Shown here one piece after another: positions 63,894 through 64,000 of a DNA stretch of 64,000 nt (the stretch's first letter is position 1; every line of letters starts with the position of its first letter). Made by a program: the position numbers and the translations under genes. Origin of the DNA: Haliotis rufescens (Eukaryota); the NCBI RefSeq assembly GCF_023055435.1, contig NW_025964001.1:30504001-30568000 (forward strand), given 5' to 3'. Below the pieces are notes generated by a model that did no database searches, had not been told where the DNA came from, and saw nothing but the letters and a program-made list of their open reading frames with translations.

Positions 63894-64000
63894 ATCTCAT
63901 ATGTGGGCTAGACCTCTCCTAAGCATGCCTGCTTTAGCACATAAAGATGGCTTGAAAGGGCAAGGGTGAAAACTATCCTTTGATATTGGCTCGTTGACAT

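Overview
Eukaryotic (animal) genomic DNA, repeat-rich. The SINE, HINE and MITE repertoire suggests a mollusc, possibly a gastropod such as abalone (inference). Three spliced genes can be reconstructed by hand with GT-AG introns and consistent phases: (1) MNAT1/MAT1, CAK assembly factor, + strand, 8 coding exons, 2643-15826, 320 aa; (2) a TWIK-subfamily two-pore K+ channel (KCNK1/6-like), - strand, with two paralogous alternative first coding exons (42489-42672 and 36546-36750) that both fit shared exons 2-4; (3) LRR1/PPIL5, + strand, 4 coding exons, 58465-63207, 422 aa. The rest is minisatellite arrays (28-94 bp units), several SINE families, MITEs (hAT, MULE, Harbinger-like, Tc1/pogo-like, TTAA-type), HINE-like elements and fossils of mariner, Tc1, DIRS and CR1/L2. 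Most long ORFs in the track are minisatellite artefacts. Highlights: a 33-copy array of the MNAT1 exon-2 splice acceptor in which the 32 upstream copies lead to an immediate in-frame stop and only the last copy is preceded by a new branch-point-like motif; a second array at exon 3 offering in-frame alternative acceptors; the duplicated M1/cap exon of the K2P channel; and a tRNA-less retroposon whose 5' head shows a covarying pseudoknot (ribozyme candidate). All identifications are by eye or from memory; no searches were run.
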